A stretch of 40,061 nt of DNA from Schizochytrium sp. TIO01 (GCA_004764695.1 SMSO01000017.1:1-40061), one strand, 5' to 3'; positions 22,773 to 33,449 are shown, numbered from the stretch's first letter. Program-made: numbers and translations. Notes: generated by a model not told the origin, from the sequence alone.

Positions 22773-25700
22773 CACCTCCCCAAACTTCTTAGACGTGAGC
22801 CTTGTTCCTAGAAGTGCAGATACAGAGCGATCCGTATCTCCGGGAGTTACGTGCCCAAGAAAAGCAAGGCAGATGCGGTAGATATGATAGTGATGAAGCT
22901 CCCGACTAAGGTGTTTGGTCAACACGTCAGCTGGATTGGTCCGAGTGTTTTCATAGGATAGAGAAATGATGTTGTCCTCTAAAAGTTGATGAAGATGGTG
23001 TCTGCGAATGTCCACATGCTTAGAGTTGTTGCCAACGCTCAAGTTTCGAATCAAAGGGATGATAGCTTGGTTGTCCGTGTATAGTGGCGATGCATCGGCT
23101 TGGGGACAGCCCAGAAAATCTAAGATGCGACGGTTCCAAATAATGGCTTTAGCGGCTTCGTTCGCAGCGTAGAGTTCTGCCTCAGTTGAGGAAAGTGCCA
23201 CAGTTCGTTCTGTACTAGACTTTGTCAGAATGGTAGACCCATTAACTGCTAGCAGGTAGCCAAGCGTAGAACGTCGTGTGTAAGGGCAAGGCGCGTAAGA
23301 GGCATCGCACCAAGCTTCAAGCTTTATGTCCGAAAGTTGTATGGCTCCTCGTAAGACTATCCCGATGTTGCTTGTGCCAGCAAGGTAACGTAAAACAGCT
23401 TTGGCTGCTGTAAAGTGTTCTTCGGTTGCTGCACGGTTGTGTCTACCAAGTTCTTTAACTGCGAATGCAATGTCGGGGCGTGTATTGACTATCCATTGAA
23501 GACTTCCCACCAATGACTGATAAAGGGGATCAGTTTTGGCCTCCTTAGGAAATGTTAACGGGTTTGCAGATGCAGGAGTGATGCGTGGTTGACAATTGTT
23601 AAGACCATGAGTTTCGAGAAGTTCCTCAATAAAGTCGGCATGATCTAACAAAGCGATCTTGGAACTTCGATTGATCGTAAGGTGCGCTCCAAGGTATCGA
23701 ACACGTTTGTTGTCAGGTAAATGTTCGAAGTCCACTTTGTCGTTCCCAAAATATGATTTTAAATGACCTTCAAGAGCTTTGACACTCGAGGTAGGACCAG
23801 AAACCAAACCATCATCGACATGGGTAGACACTGTCAGGTTCAGGCCTTTATGATGGAAAAGGCATGCATCATCGGGGCAAGGTGCTAAGCCAAAAGCATC
23901 AAAAGCATGCGCTAGTTCTTTGTAAAATCTTAGCGGAGCAGATGAGATGCCATAGACAGATTTCAGAAGGCGATAGTAAGTGTATTCACCGTAGAAAGTC
24001 CGTACTCGTATGAAAATGTCTTTGTCATGTACCGGTGCAGTGAGGAAAGCACTTGTAATGTCGAAAATAGCAAAGTCATGCTCCTGTGTAAGACCCAAGG
24101 TAATTTGGATGCGTACGGAAGATGGCATCGTAACTGGTGATGCTACTTCTTGTTCAGAGGTTGGTTCTTGATCACCGCGAACAACAAGTCTCATCTTAAG
24201 TCTACGGCGCCCTTCGTTGTCTGCGGGCTTTTTCTTGTAGACCTTCATGACATCTAAGACTTTTCCACGCACCTCCGACTTTGGGACTTCTTGCAGGGTT
24301 TCTTGTGCTGCATGATTTGCCATTTCTTCATCGTCTGTTTTCCTCCACATGGCTTTCTCATAGTCGCTGTAAAGTCGAAGATCACTTTCGTGACGAGGCT
24401 CGCGAACAGGTCTGCGTGGGTCCTCGTAAACGTGAGTGTTTGAAGTAGAAGCTTCCTGATTGTTCACCTCCTTCGTCAACAAAGCTGGAGCTGAAGTTGA
24501 GGAACTTGGATGGAAGGTTTTACCACTTCTTGTTGTAGAGCCGGTGTCGACGTCGCCAAGAATTGGATCTACCCAATGGAATTTGTTGTTTGCTATTTGT
24601 AGAACTTGTCCAGGGTATAATGGACCAGCATCAACAAATTCACGAAGAGCTTGCTTAAACTCGGAGGAGTAAGACGGTTTCTGTTTATACTTACGCGGTG
24701 GTTTCTGTGAAGAATCCACCTCCTGCTCAATGATGGTAACATCGGGCACCTCCTTCTCTATAATGGTAGCGTCTGGCCCCTCCTGATCAATGTTAATAAG
24801 ATCAGGCACCTCCTGATCAATGCTAATAAGATCAGGCACCTCCTGCTGAAAGTCTATAAGGTCGGACACCTCCTGCTCTGGACTGGATGTTGCGGGAGTA
24901 CTTTGGGCAGGATAGCTAAAATGTAGATCTGCTTCGTTTTCGCCAGAAGAGCCTGCGAGATCAAAGTTGGCAGAGACTTCTTTAGTGAAGGAGGGGCTGG
25001 AGGGATAGGTGATCTCTGAAGAGTTTGAAGGAAGAACCAGAGGCGAGGCATCTTTGGTAAGAGGGTGGAAAAAATCAGAACTCGATGGACTCGAAGTAAT
25101 GTCACCGTAATCGTTGGAGAAAACCTTTACTGGGGCAGTATTGTGTAAAGAGTTGTTCAGAAGTTGCTTGCGAATGTAGTCAGATGATTCAGAAAGCTGA
25201 GGAAGGTAAGGCAGAGCACGGTAGCTCCGCGAAAAGACGATGCGGCGAGAGTCCAAAGACATGATGCGTGATGTCCCAAAGCTATGTCGAGAACTGCAGC
25301 CCAGAAAAATACCAAGGCTTCCTTTGGCAGCAAAGTCGCTTTTAGTTGCAACACTGGGATTGTGTTGATGGTAGGCAACAAGGGTGCCAAATTGTCGACT
25401 TGGAGACAAATCGGCAGTACCACATCCATGAATGACAGCAGGCACCTTAGAGGTCCGAGGCGATGGAAGGCGGTTAAGGGTCCAACATGCGTAATCAGTT
25501 GCAAAATCCCAAAAGGTGCTCGGGAGATTGCAGTCATGAAGATAGGACCAAGCGAGGCGAGAAACGAGACCTACTGTGCGTTCAGCGACGCCATGAGTAC
25601 CGTGTTCATGGGGAGATGCAAATTGCAGTTTCCAATTGTACAAGTCCATTTGCTCCTGTACAAGTTTAGAAGCGAAAGCATGATCAGCGATGAGAGTTAA

Positions 25701-27662
25701 GCCTTCAGGGGTTGAAGTTTTCCCGGGAGCGGCGCCGAGCCAGTCTCTGCGCCACGCCCGAATGGCTTTGACAAGTGTTTCGGCATTGCACTCAGGAAAC
25801 GAATAGCATCGCCGATACTTGGAGTAATCGTCCACAAAGACAACACAGTATTTATTGCCTGTGCTGGAGCGCGTTTTAATACCAAGCAGGTCGACATGTG
25901 ATACTTGGCGCGGACCGGTACTGCGAGGTGAGTGAGGTCCTTTACGAATGGGAGAGCGCGATGAGTCACCTTGAGCACAGCCAGGGCAGACTGGAAAAGA
26001 TCCTTGTATTTTCGCAAGAGGGAGTCCCGAAACTTGTTTTGATATAGCATCAAGTGTTTCGAATGAGCGATGTCCAGCTCTACGATGGGCCTCAAGAATG
26101 TCGAGTCCGGCAAACACTGGTGTTGCAGTTGGTTCGCTGGTAGTGTCCTGTGCATAAGTCAATGCGTTGTTACAAAATTGTAAAGGGATCTCTTGATTTT
26201 GCCAGACAAGGACTTGGCGATCTTTGGTAATGTGTAGCTCGGCTCCAGCAGCGTGTAGAGCAGCGAGACTTTCAAGTACAGCTGGGGCCCTGTCATGTAC
26301 TTGAGCAGGTATGGCGGGGGCGTTGGGAATGAATGGCGATAGGTAAGTGCCTACACTGTCTGGATTTTGTAATTCACCTGAGACACCTACAATAGGTGTT
26401 GCTTTTTGTAGAGGTAGTTCAGAATGAATGTGTCGACGGCTAGGAACAACTGTAACACCAGCTCCACTGTCAATAACAGTTGAAGGAAAAGCATTGCCAC
26501 CAAGGTAAGCAGACTTTGAAAAATCTTTTACGTTAGCAGCAAAGTATTCCTCAGTGGGAACGCTGCGGCAGACTATGGCCTTGTGACCTGGTTTGTTGCA
26601 GCGGGCGCAACGAACTCTAGGGTCAAGGGTGCAATTGTCGGTGGCGTGATTTTGCGCGCAACGAAGACAACGGTGGGAGTTGTTTCGATGAGAGCCATGG
26701 TATCTGCCACGAGAACGGTAATTGCGGGGCTGCGGAGGGCTTGGAGAGTTGCCAAAGGCTTGGCTAACAGCTGCAGCGAGTTGTAAAAGTGTCGCGTCAG
26801 TAGAAGCGCCAAAAGCACCAGTCACTTCATTGGAAACAGAAGTGTTGGCAGCTTTAGCAGATTCCATAGTCAGGCCGGTGCGTTCGTGAATGACACGGAA
26901 TGTCAGAGTAGAGTGAGCGTAGAGATCAGCCTTGATCTTGTCATACTCTGCAGGGAGCTGTTGGATGTAGCTGAACAGCATGATAGACTGTAACGTAGGG
27001 CGAGTCTTTTCGAGCTTGGCAATGGCGGTGTTCAACTTGTCGATGTGGTCGTCCAGCTTGGAGCGATCCTCGTGGGGCTTGGGACAAGCGGCCATGACAC
27101 TCATCAGCTCTTTCCAACGACGCTGTTGGTTGAGTCTAGAGTGCTGGTTGAAGCGTTGTCTTAGCACGTACCACCCGACAAGGCCGCTGCCTTTGGCATA
27201 CCTGGAGCGTATGACCGAAGACAGGGATGACTTCTTGAAACCTTCGAGCAGGAAGAGTGCCAACACAGAGTCCTGGGCTTTGCAAATGGATGCCGGCTGG
27301 CCAGGTTTCCATGTATTGATGTCCTTGAAGGGAAGTTCGTAGTAGCCGCAGAAGCCTTCGAAGAAATCGGAGTATTCTTCAAAGTCGCCGTCGTACGTTG
27401 GTGTCGAGCGATTATTTTCGAAGTAGCGCTTGATACCTTTGATGAGAGCCGGGGTCTCAGGTTGGTAATGAATGGTTGGGGCTGACTCGGACGCCAGCAG
27501 AAAGTCCAGGTTGTCGCTGGAGTGCATCGCGGTGGCAGGGACCGCGGGGAGGGGACCATGAAAGTTGGCGGTTGCCATACTTTCACTGTCGTCATCATCG
27601 TCGTCTTCATACACGACGGAGGCGACCTCCTCATGTTCGGAGGCTACTTCTTCTTGCACCAT
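22680..27662 (-). CDS. Copia Gag-Pol polyprotein, 1660 aa
   Basis: Zn knuckles CLRCAQNHATDNC and CARCNKPGHKAIVC; protease VIDSGA; integrase HRRAGH..CPGC with DDE region (HVDL, FVDDYS, IADH, VAERT) and GIFLG; RT FDITSAFL and HVDDGL; RNase H WCDASYA, STEAEL, YTDNQA, NPADVLTK. Confidence 0.97.
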   Translation of the reverse strand: MVQEEVASEHEEVASVVYEDDDDDDSESMATANFHGPLPAVPATAMHSSDNLDFLLASESAPTIHYQPETPALIKGIKRYFENNRSTPTYDGDFEEYSDFFEGFCGYYELPFKDINTWKPGQPASICKAQDSVLALFLLEGFKKSSLSSVIRSRYAKGSGLVGWYVLRQRFNQHSRLNQQRRWKELMSVMAACPKPHEDRSKLDDHIDKLNTAIAKLEKTRPTLQSIMLFSYIQQLPAEYDKIKADLYAHSTLTFRVIHERTGLTMESAKAANTSVSNEVTGAFGASTDATLLQLAAAVSQAFGNSPSPPQPRNYRSRGRYHGSHRNNSHRCLRCAQNHATDNCTLDPRVRCARCNKPGHKAIVCRSVPTEEYFAANVKDFSKSAYLGGNAFPSTVIDSGAGVTVVPSRRHIHSELPLQKATPIVGVSGELQNPDSVGTYLSPFIPNAPAIPAQVHDRAPAVLESLAALHAAGAELHITKDRQVLVWQNQEIPLQFCNNALTYAQDTTSEPTATPVFAGLDILEAHRRAGHRSFETLDAISKQVSGLPLAKIQGSFPVCPGCAQGDSSRSPIRKGPHSPRSTGPRQVSHVDLLGIKTRSSTGNKYCVVFVDDYSKYRRCYSFPECNAETLVKAIRAWRRDWLGAAPGKTSTPEGLTLIADHAFASKLVQEQMDLYNWKLQFASPHEHGTHGVAERTVGLVSRLAWSYLHDCNLPSTFWDFATDYACWTLNRLPSPRTSKVPAVIHGCGTADLSPSRQFGTLVAYHQHNPSVATKSDFAAKGSLGIFLGCSSRHSFGTSRIMSLDSRRIVFSRSYRALPYLPQLSESSDYIRKQLLNNSLHNTAPVKVFSNDYGDITSSPSSSDFFHPLTKDASPLVLPSNSSEITYPSSPSFTKEVSANFDLAGSSGENEADLHFSYPAQSTPATSSPEQEVSDLIDFQQEVPDLISIDQEVPDLINIDQEGPDATIIEKEVPDVTIIEQEVDSSQKPPRKYKQKPSYSSEFKQALREFVDAGPLYPGQVLQIANNKFHWVDPILGDVDTGSTTRSGKTFHPSSSTSAPALLTKEVNNQEASTSNTHVYEDPRRPVREPRHESDLRLYSDYEKAMWRKTDDEEMANHAAQETLQEVPKSEVRGKVLDVMKVYKKKPADNEGRRRLKMRLVVRGDQEPTSEQEVASPVTMPSSVRIQITLGLTQEHDFAIFDITSAFLTAPVHDKDIFIRVRTFYGEYTYYRLLKSVYGISSAPLRFYKELAHAFDAFGLAPCPDDACLFHHKGLNLTVSTHVDDGLVSGPTSSVKALEGHLKSYFGNDKVDFEHLPDNKRVRYLGAHLTINRSSKIALLDHADFIEELLETHGLNNCQPRITPASANPLTFPKEAKTDPLYQSLVGSLQWIVNTRPDIAFAVKELGRHNRAATEEHFTAAKAVLRYLAGTSNIGIVLRGAIQLSDIKLEAWCDASYAPCPYTRRSTLGYLLAVNGSTILTKSSTERTVALSSTEAELYAANEAAKAIIWNRRILDFLGCPQADASPLYTDNQAIIPLIRNLSVGNNSKHVDIRRHHLHQLLEDNIISLSYENTRTNPADVLTKHLSRELHHYHIYRICLAFLGHVTPGDTDRSVSALLGTRLTSKKFGEVCCLDELLVPSRDNKESPAFLIIPFTEVGLG
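24721..24870 (-). repeat. 30-bp coding tandem repeat x5 in the integrase-RT linker (EVPDLISIDQ-like)
   Basis: Period-30 repeats read directly; they encode EVSDLIDFQQ EVPDLISIDQ EVPDLINIDQ EGPDATIIEK EVPDVTIIEQ. Confidence 0.9.
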
Positions 27663-27713
27663 GGTCGGGCCAGTGCAGAGAGTGCGCGGGGCAGCAAAGA
27701 ACGAGAGTTAATA

Positions 27714-27724
27714 GGCCAATAACC
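27714..27724 (-). promoter_or_regulatory. Copia primer-binding site, half-tRNA type (GGTTATTGGCC)
   Basis: Lies 3 nt inside the 5' LTR. It resembles the GGTTATGGGCC-type PBS of copia/Ty5, which pairs with the tRNA-iMet anticodon arm. There is no TGG start. Confidence 0.7.
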
Positions 27725-27727
27725 TTT

Positions 27728-28193
27728 TGTTGAATGCTGTAGAGTGACAGAGACTCGAAAGGTTGTTTACTTTTTAGGTTGAGGTTGTATAGTTTGAGGT
27801 CTGCTGACATACTGCCGGCAGTGAAGAAGTTATTTCTACTCAGTCTCTGTTACACATGTCCTTTATTAGTGGCGGCCACCGAGCGGAAAACCGCAACTAC
27901 TAGTGTTTAGTCCATGTGTCCCTTAGTGAGTATTTGTTTTCTTGATAAAGATTCTCCTACGTTCTTTGATACTTTTACAGTGGTATTATGGGTTAATACT
28001 CGTGTTCATGTATATAATTCACGAGCATTACCCTAACCCTACTACTGCAAAAGGTATAATAAGAAAGTTAAGAGATTCTTTGTTGTCCAATGCTTAACCT
28101 TTACCCTAACCCTACCTCTGTAAAAGGTATGATTAGAAAGGCAGGAGACTCCTTGTTATCCCGACTCGGGACCAACAATTCGTCTAGACAACA
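27728..28193 (-). repeat. Copia 5' LTR (466 bp, TG...CA)
   Basis: Same sequence as 22307-22772. Confidence 0.95.
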
Positions 28194-28198
28194 AAAAG

Positions 28199-29330
28199 TT
28201 CTGGCTTTTCTTTTCATAGAGCTAGAACAATACTAAACTCAGTTATTTCTCCTTATTAATAATATGAGAAACCAAAAATAAACTTTCAAAGGTCAGTAAA
28301 ACTATATGTTAAAAGTATTTTTTCTGAGAAAACACATCTACCCTGTGTCAAATCTTAACAGCTTTCTAACGGTACCACTCCATGATTAATATCTTTCCCC
28401 GTTGTTGAGAAAATGAACCTTATACTAATCATTTTGCTGCGCACAAATAGAGTGGCAACTTAGAGCTTCTTTTCTCAGGCTTGACAGGGTCTTTTTTCTC
28501 ACAAATCAAATTCGGGCATCTCAGCATTTCGTGTGCTATCAAGGGACTCCTATATCAAAGTCCTTTCTATTCTATTCATTGAGTTAGAACACTACTAAAC
28601 TCAGTTCTTACTCCCTATTAATGATATGGGCGACTAAGAAATAACTTTCAAAGGTCAGTAAAAATAAATTTAAAAATATTTCGCCTGAGAAAACACATCT
28701 ACCCTGTTGTAAATCTTAACAGCTTTCCAACGGTACCACCTGATGATTAATATCTTACCCCGTTGTTGAGAAAATGAACCTTATACTAATCCTTTTTCTG
28801 CTCACAAATAGAGTGCCAACTTAGAGCTTCTTTTCTCAGGCTTGCAAGAAGAGTTTCTCTCATAAATCAAATGCACCCACTTTCAATATTACTCAGCTAT
28901 CAGACGATACTTGTAGCAAAGTTCTGTCTATTATATGCATAAAGTTACAACACTACTAAACTCGTTTCCTTCCCCATATTAATAATATGAGAGACCAAGA
29001 AATAACTTTCAAAGGTCAGTAAAAACACATGGGAGATGTGTTTTCTCAAAAACAAATACTTCAACATGTTGCAAATTTCGGAAGCTTTCTGATGATACTT
29101 CTGAAACATTAATATCTTTAGTGGTTAATGACATATTGTCCCTTGTGAGGATCCATCAACTGCTTGTTTAAATAAAGTGATAAATAGGAGCTACTTTTCG
29201 CAAGCTTGAAAACATATTTCTTCGCAGCTATTATGACTATCCTGTGGTAACAACGAAGCACTTCCCGACGGTGCTTGTCGAAAAGACCTTACAATTTTAT
29301 CAAGAAAGTTATAACAGTACTAAGTTTAGT
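28199..29330. repeat. Subtelomeric array, continuation after the copia insertion (~361-364-bp units)
   Basis: Anchors at ~28227, 28589, 28950 and 29314; units are shorter and increasingly diverged. Confidence 0.88.
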
Positions 29331-30200
29331 TCTTTCTCTTATTAATAACATAGAAGAGTAACATTTTCTTTTAGAAGTTCGAAAAATACTTTCAAAGAGT
29401 TGTTTTTTCTCACTCATGCCATCCTCCGTATTCTGTATTGCTTGCGCTTTCTACTGATCCAAATCTTTAAATGATCAATAAAGTAGTTGTGGAGATAATG
29501 GGGTTTTGAAGAAGTGGGAGGCTGCTGCCAAATACCTGGAAGGGTATTTTCTCACAATATTAGAATGATTTCCTCTTGAGAACTTCAATAGAACAGCTCT
29601 CCATAAATTTGCTGATCTAATGGTGCAAAAATAACATGTGTCTGTCGAGTAGTTGTCGAGAAAATATGTCTTTCTTTCTTTCGATAATCCATCAGTTGCC
29701 TGATAAAGTAATCACTTGGAGCTTCTTTCTGCAAGCTTGAAAACATATTTTTTCGCAACGATTATAACTATCATGTGGTAAAACCGACGCAGGTCCCGTC
29801 AGTGCTTGTCAAAAAGATCTAGCTATTTTATCCAGAAAGTTACAACAGTACTAAGTTTAGTTCTTTCCTCTTATTAATAGTATGGAACAGTAACATTTTC
29901 TTTTAAAAGTTCGAAAAATACTTTCAAAGATTTGTTTTTTCGCACTCCTGCCATCATCCGTATTTGGTATTTCTTGCGCTTTCTACTGATCCAAGTCTTT
30001 AAATGGTCAATAAAGTAGTTGTGGAGATAATGGGGTTTTGAAGAAGTGGGAGGCTGCTGCCAAATACCTGGAAGGGTATTTTCTCATAATTTTAGAATGA
30101 TTTCCTCTTGAGAACTTCAATAGTACAGCTCTCCATAAATTGGCTGATCGAATGGTGCAAGAATAACATGTGTCTCTCAAGTAGTTGTCGAGAAAAGCTG
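29165..30200. repeat. ~531-bp tandem repeat, 2 copies, related to the 370-bp family
   Basis: GCAAGCTTGAAAACATATTT at ~29200 and ~29731; ACAGTACTAAG at 29314 and 29845. It shares CAAGCTTG and ACA.TACTAA motifs with the 370-bp unit. Confidence 0.88.
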
Positions 30201-30219
30201 TCATTCCTTCTTTATTCTG

Positions 30220-31895
30220 AGTTAAATTAAAAATAATTTAAAAAGATGGCAACTACGTAGGGGTCAAACTCAATGTTGCCGAGAGTATTTTTCAATTCGG
30301 GCACACCAATTCTATGCAAAATTAAATTTCCGATCTAATGATATCATTTTTATGGATCTCACTTCTCTTGGTGTTGACAAAATACCCCTTTATGCAAAGT
30401 AATAGTATATTGAAAAAGACAGAGCCAGTTGAAAGAAACGTCTTAACTATACTGTAGGGGTCTTCTGAGCCATTAATAAAATGTTTTTTAACTTTTGGGC
30501 TGTCACAAAGTTCATACTTTCCAAATCCTAGCTGGCAGTCCAAAATCGAAAAATATCGATCAACTCCCCATCGAGAAAAGACCCCCTCAATAGTATCTTT
30601 TTCTTACTTTCTTTTTAAAATTAAAAACCTTCAGTTAGATTTAAAAGAAAATTAAAAGATGGCAACTACGTAGGGGTCAAACTCGATGTTGCCGAGAGTA
30701 TTTTTCATTTATGACACGCCTATCCTATTCAAAATCGAATTTCCGATTTAGTGATACCATTGTTATGGATCTCACTTTTCTTGGTGTTGACAAAATACCC
30801 CATTGTTCAAAGTAACAATATATTGAGAAAGACAGAGCGAGTAAAAAGAAACGCCTTAACTATACTGTAGGGGTCTTCCGAGCCATTAATAAAATGTTTT
30901 TTAACTTTTGGGCTGTCACAAAGTTCATACTTTCCAAATCCTAGCTTGCAGTTCAAAAACGAAAAACATCGATCAACTCCTCATCGAGAAAAGACCCCCT
31001 CAATAGTATGTTTTCTTACTTTCTTTTTTAAAATTAAAAACCTTCAGTTAGATTTAAAAGAAAATTAAAAGATGGCAACTACGTAGGGGTCAAACTCGAT
31101 GTTGCCGAGAGTATTTTTCATTTATGACACGCCTATCCTATTCAAAATCGAATTTCCGATTTAGTGATACCATTGTTATGGATCTCACTTTTCTTGGTGT
31201 TGACAAAATACCCCATTGTTCAAAGTAACAATATATTGAGAAAGACAGAGCGAGTAAAAAGAAACGCCTTAACTATACTGTAGGGGTCTTCTGAGCCATC
31301 AATAAAATGTTTTTTAAATTTTGGGCTGTCACAATGTTCATACGTTATGAATCCTAGCTCGTAGGCCAAAAACGAAAAACATCGATCAACTCCTCGTCGA
31401 GAAAAGACCCCCTCAATAGCATTATTCTTACTTTCTTTTTAAAATTAAAAACCTTTAAATAGATTTAAAAGAAAATTAAAAGATGGCAACTACGTAGGGG
31501 TCAAACTCGATATTGCCGACCGTATTTTTCATTTATGACACGCCTATCCTATGCAAAATTGAATCTCCTATCCAATGATACCACTGTTATGGACCTCTCT
31601 TTGTTTGGTGTAGATTAAATACCTCTTTGTTCAAAGTGATAGTATATTGAGAAAGACGGAGCGAGTTGAAAGAAACGTCTTAACTATACTGTAGGGGTCT
31701 TCTGAGCTATCAATCAAACTATTTTTTACCTTTTGGTCTCCTACAATGTTCATACGCTCTGACGCCTTATCCTGGTCCAAAAACGAAAATTATTGATCAA
31801 CTCCTGGTCGAGAAAATACCCCCTCAATAGCATTATTTTTACTTTCTTTTTTAAATTAAAAACCTTTTAAACAATTCTTTAAATTTAAAAGAAAG
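30220..31895. repeat. ~412-bp tandem repeat, 4 copies
   Basis: GATGGCAACTACGTAGGGGTCAAACTC starts at 30245, 30658, 31071 and 31482. Confidence 0.93.
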
Positions 31896-32467
31896 CATAA
31901 AAATATTTTAAATAACCTAACGACGGTTCTCTGTTTAAAACGTACTATTATTTCCTCTATCTATCACCTAGTACCCCCCGTTCCCCATACTATTACTTTA
32001 AAAACTTTTAACATCTTTGATTAATGTTTTGTCTATATGAGCCTATAATAATATTTTTTATAAAATATTTAAAAAGAAAAACATTTTTTTTCCTCCACCA
32101 AACTCTGCAATTTTCCTTATTATCTCATTCTTTTTCGTTAACAAATAAATTTTCTGTCTTTCTTTTCTCCACCTTCCTATACTTTCATCTAACTTCTTCT
32201 TATTCAGTGTTCCCCCTTGAAAGTTTCCCTCTAACTTTTCCAGCTTATGGTTTACCCCATGTAAAACATAAATATAAATTTGTTAAACAACATTTAAAGG
32301 AAAAAGGCTTTAATAACCTTATTGTTTGCCATACTTCTGCACTACTACTTGCCTAAGTTTTGCTCCAGCCAGCTAAACAAGATGACTTGTTCAACCTTCG
32401 TCTGGCTATTGCCGGCCGGGGGTCGCTCTAAGAGATTATTTCAAAAATAAACCCTCTGACAAATAAA

Positions 32468-32535
32468 AAAGGGAGCTCCACCAGTTCCTTACTTACTCTG
32501 TATAGAGTATAGCAACAACTAATGAAACTCCCTTT
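32468..32535 (-). other. 68-nt RNA hairpin followed by a U-run, downstream of 28S (3' ETS processing/termination signal or small ncRNA)
   Basis: Hand-folded: 19-bp + 5-bp + 6-bp stems with an AUAC loop. Five G-U pairs work only on the minus (rRNA-sense) strand. Confidence 0.6.
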
Positions 32536-32871
32536 CTACTTCATGACTATCGCATTTCTTTATCTAAACTCTAACCCTCCTCTAATCACCTTCCCAACCA
32601 TGTACTTATTCTCCATTCATATGCCTTACTTTCCATAATCAACTCTCTCCAACACCCCAAACCCACTTCTTACTCCACAAAGTTCTCATTTCAAATTAGC
32701 CTATTGTTTCCCCTACTTACCCACTAACAACCCATGTTCCCTGCCCTTGTATAATATCCAAGCAGAACTTCATCTAAAATCATCTCAAACAATCACACCC
32801 TCACGCCGGGAGTCCCCAACAATAAAAAATAATAAAAAAGAAAAAAGAAAAATATACCTTTCAAAGGCATA

Positions 32872-33248
32872 ACAGATCAACGGAACGAAGGCCAAACCTC
32901 AGCAGATCGTAGGGCAAGGCCTACTCTCATGCTTACAGTACCCCGTCCAAGCTAAGTCGTCTACAAAGGATCTCTTGCTTGATTCGTTGAAATTGTGATG
33001 AGAGAAAGCGCTGATTTTGACAGCACTGGTTTCAATCGGTTTACAAAAATTGTATAGATACTCGTAGTAACTAATCAAGCATGTAATATCATCGCCTTCA
33101 GCATCGTTTCGGACTTAGAGGCGTTCAGCCCTGAACGAACGCATGATAGCTTTGCGGCATTGACTTTTCAGACAACCGCGTTACCAATGATGCGGTCCAA
33201 AGGTTCCTCTCGTACTAACCTGAACTACTGGTACGACAACAACTTCAT

Positions 33249-33304
<56 letters not shown>

Positions 33305-33349
33305 TTAACGGGTGAACAATCCGACCATTGCGCCCTTCTGCAAGCGCAG

Positions 33350-33383
<34 letters not shown>

Positions 33384-33406
33384 AACGTCGCTATGAACGC
33401 TTGGCT

Positions 33407-33449
<43 letters not shown>

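Larger units (their letters stand above)
22304..28193 (-). mobile_element. Full-length Ty1/copia LTR retrotransposon, recent insertion
   Basis: Two LTRs identical by eye, one intact gag-pol ORF in PR-INT-RT-RH order, 5-bp TSD AAAAG (22299-22303, 28194-28198). Removing it restores the ~369-bp array period. Confidence 0.97.

Noticed and set aside
22669-27733. Short alternative-frame and antisense ORFs within the copia
   Set aside because: Shadows of the gag-pol ORF; no env-like or other extra gene is evident.
17390-31895. CRISPR-like or LRR-coding interpretation of the arrays
   Set aside because: Whole units are homologous with no unique spacers, there are no cas genes, the context is eukaryotic, and the frames I translated contain stops.
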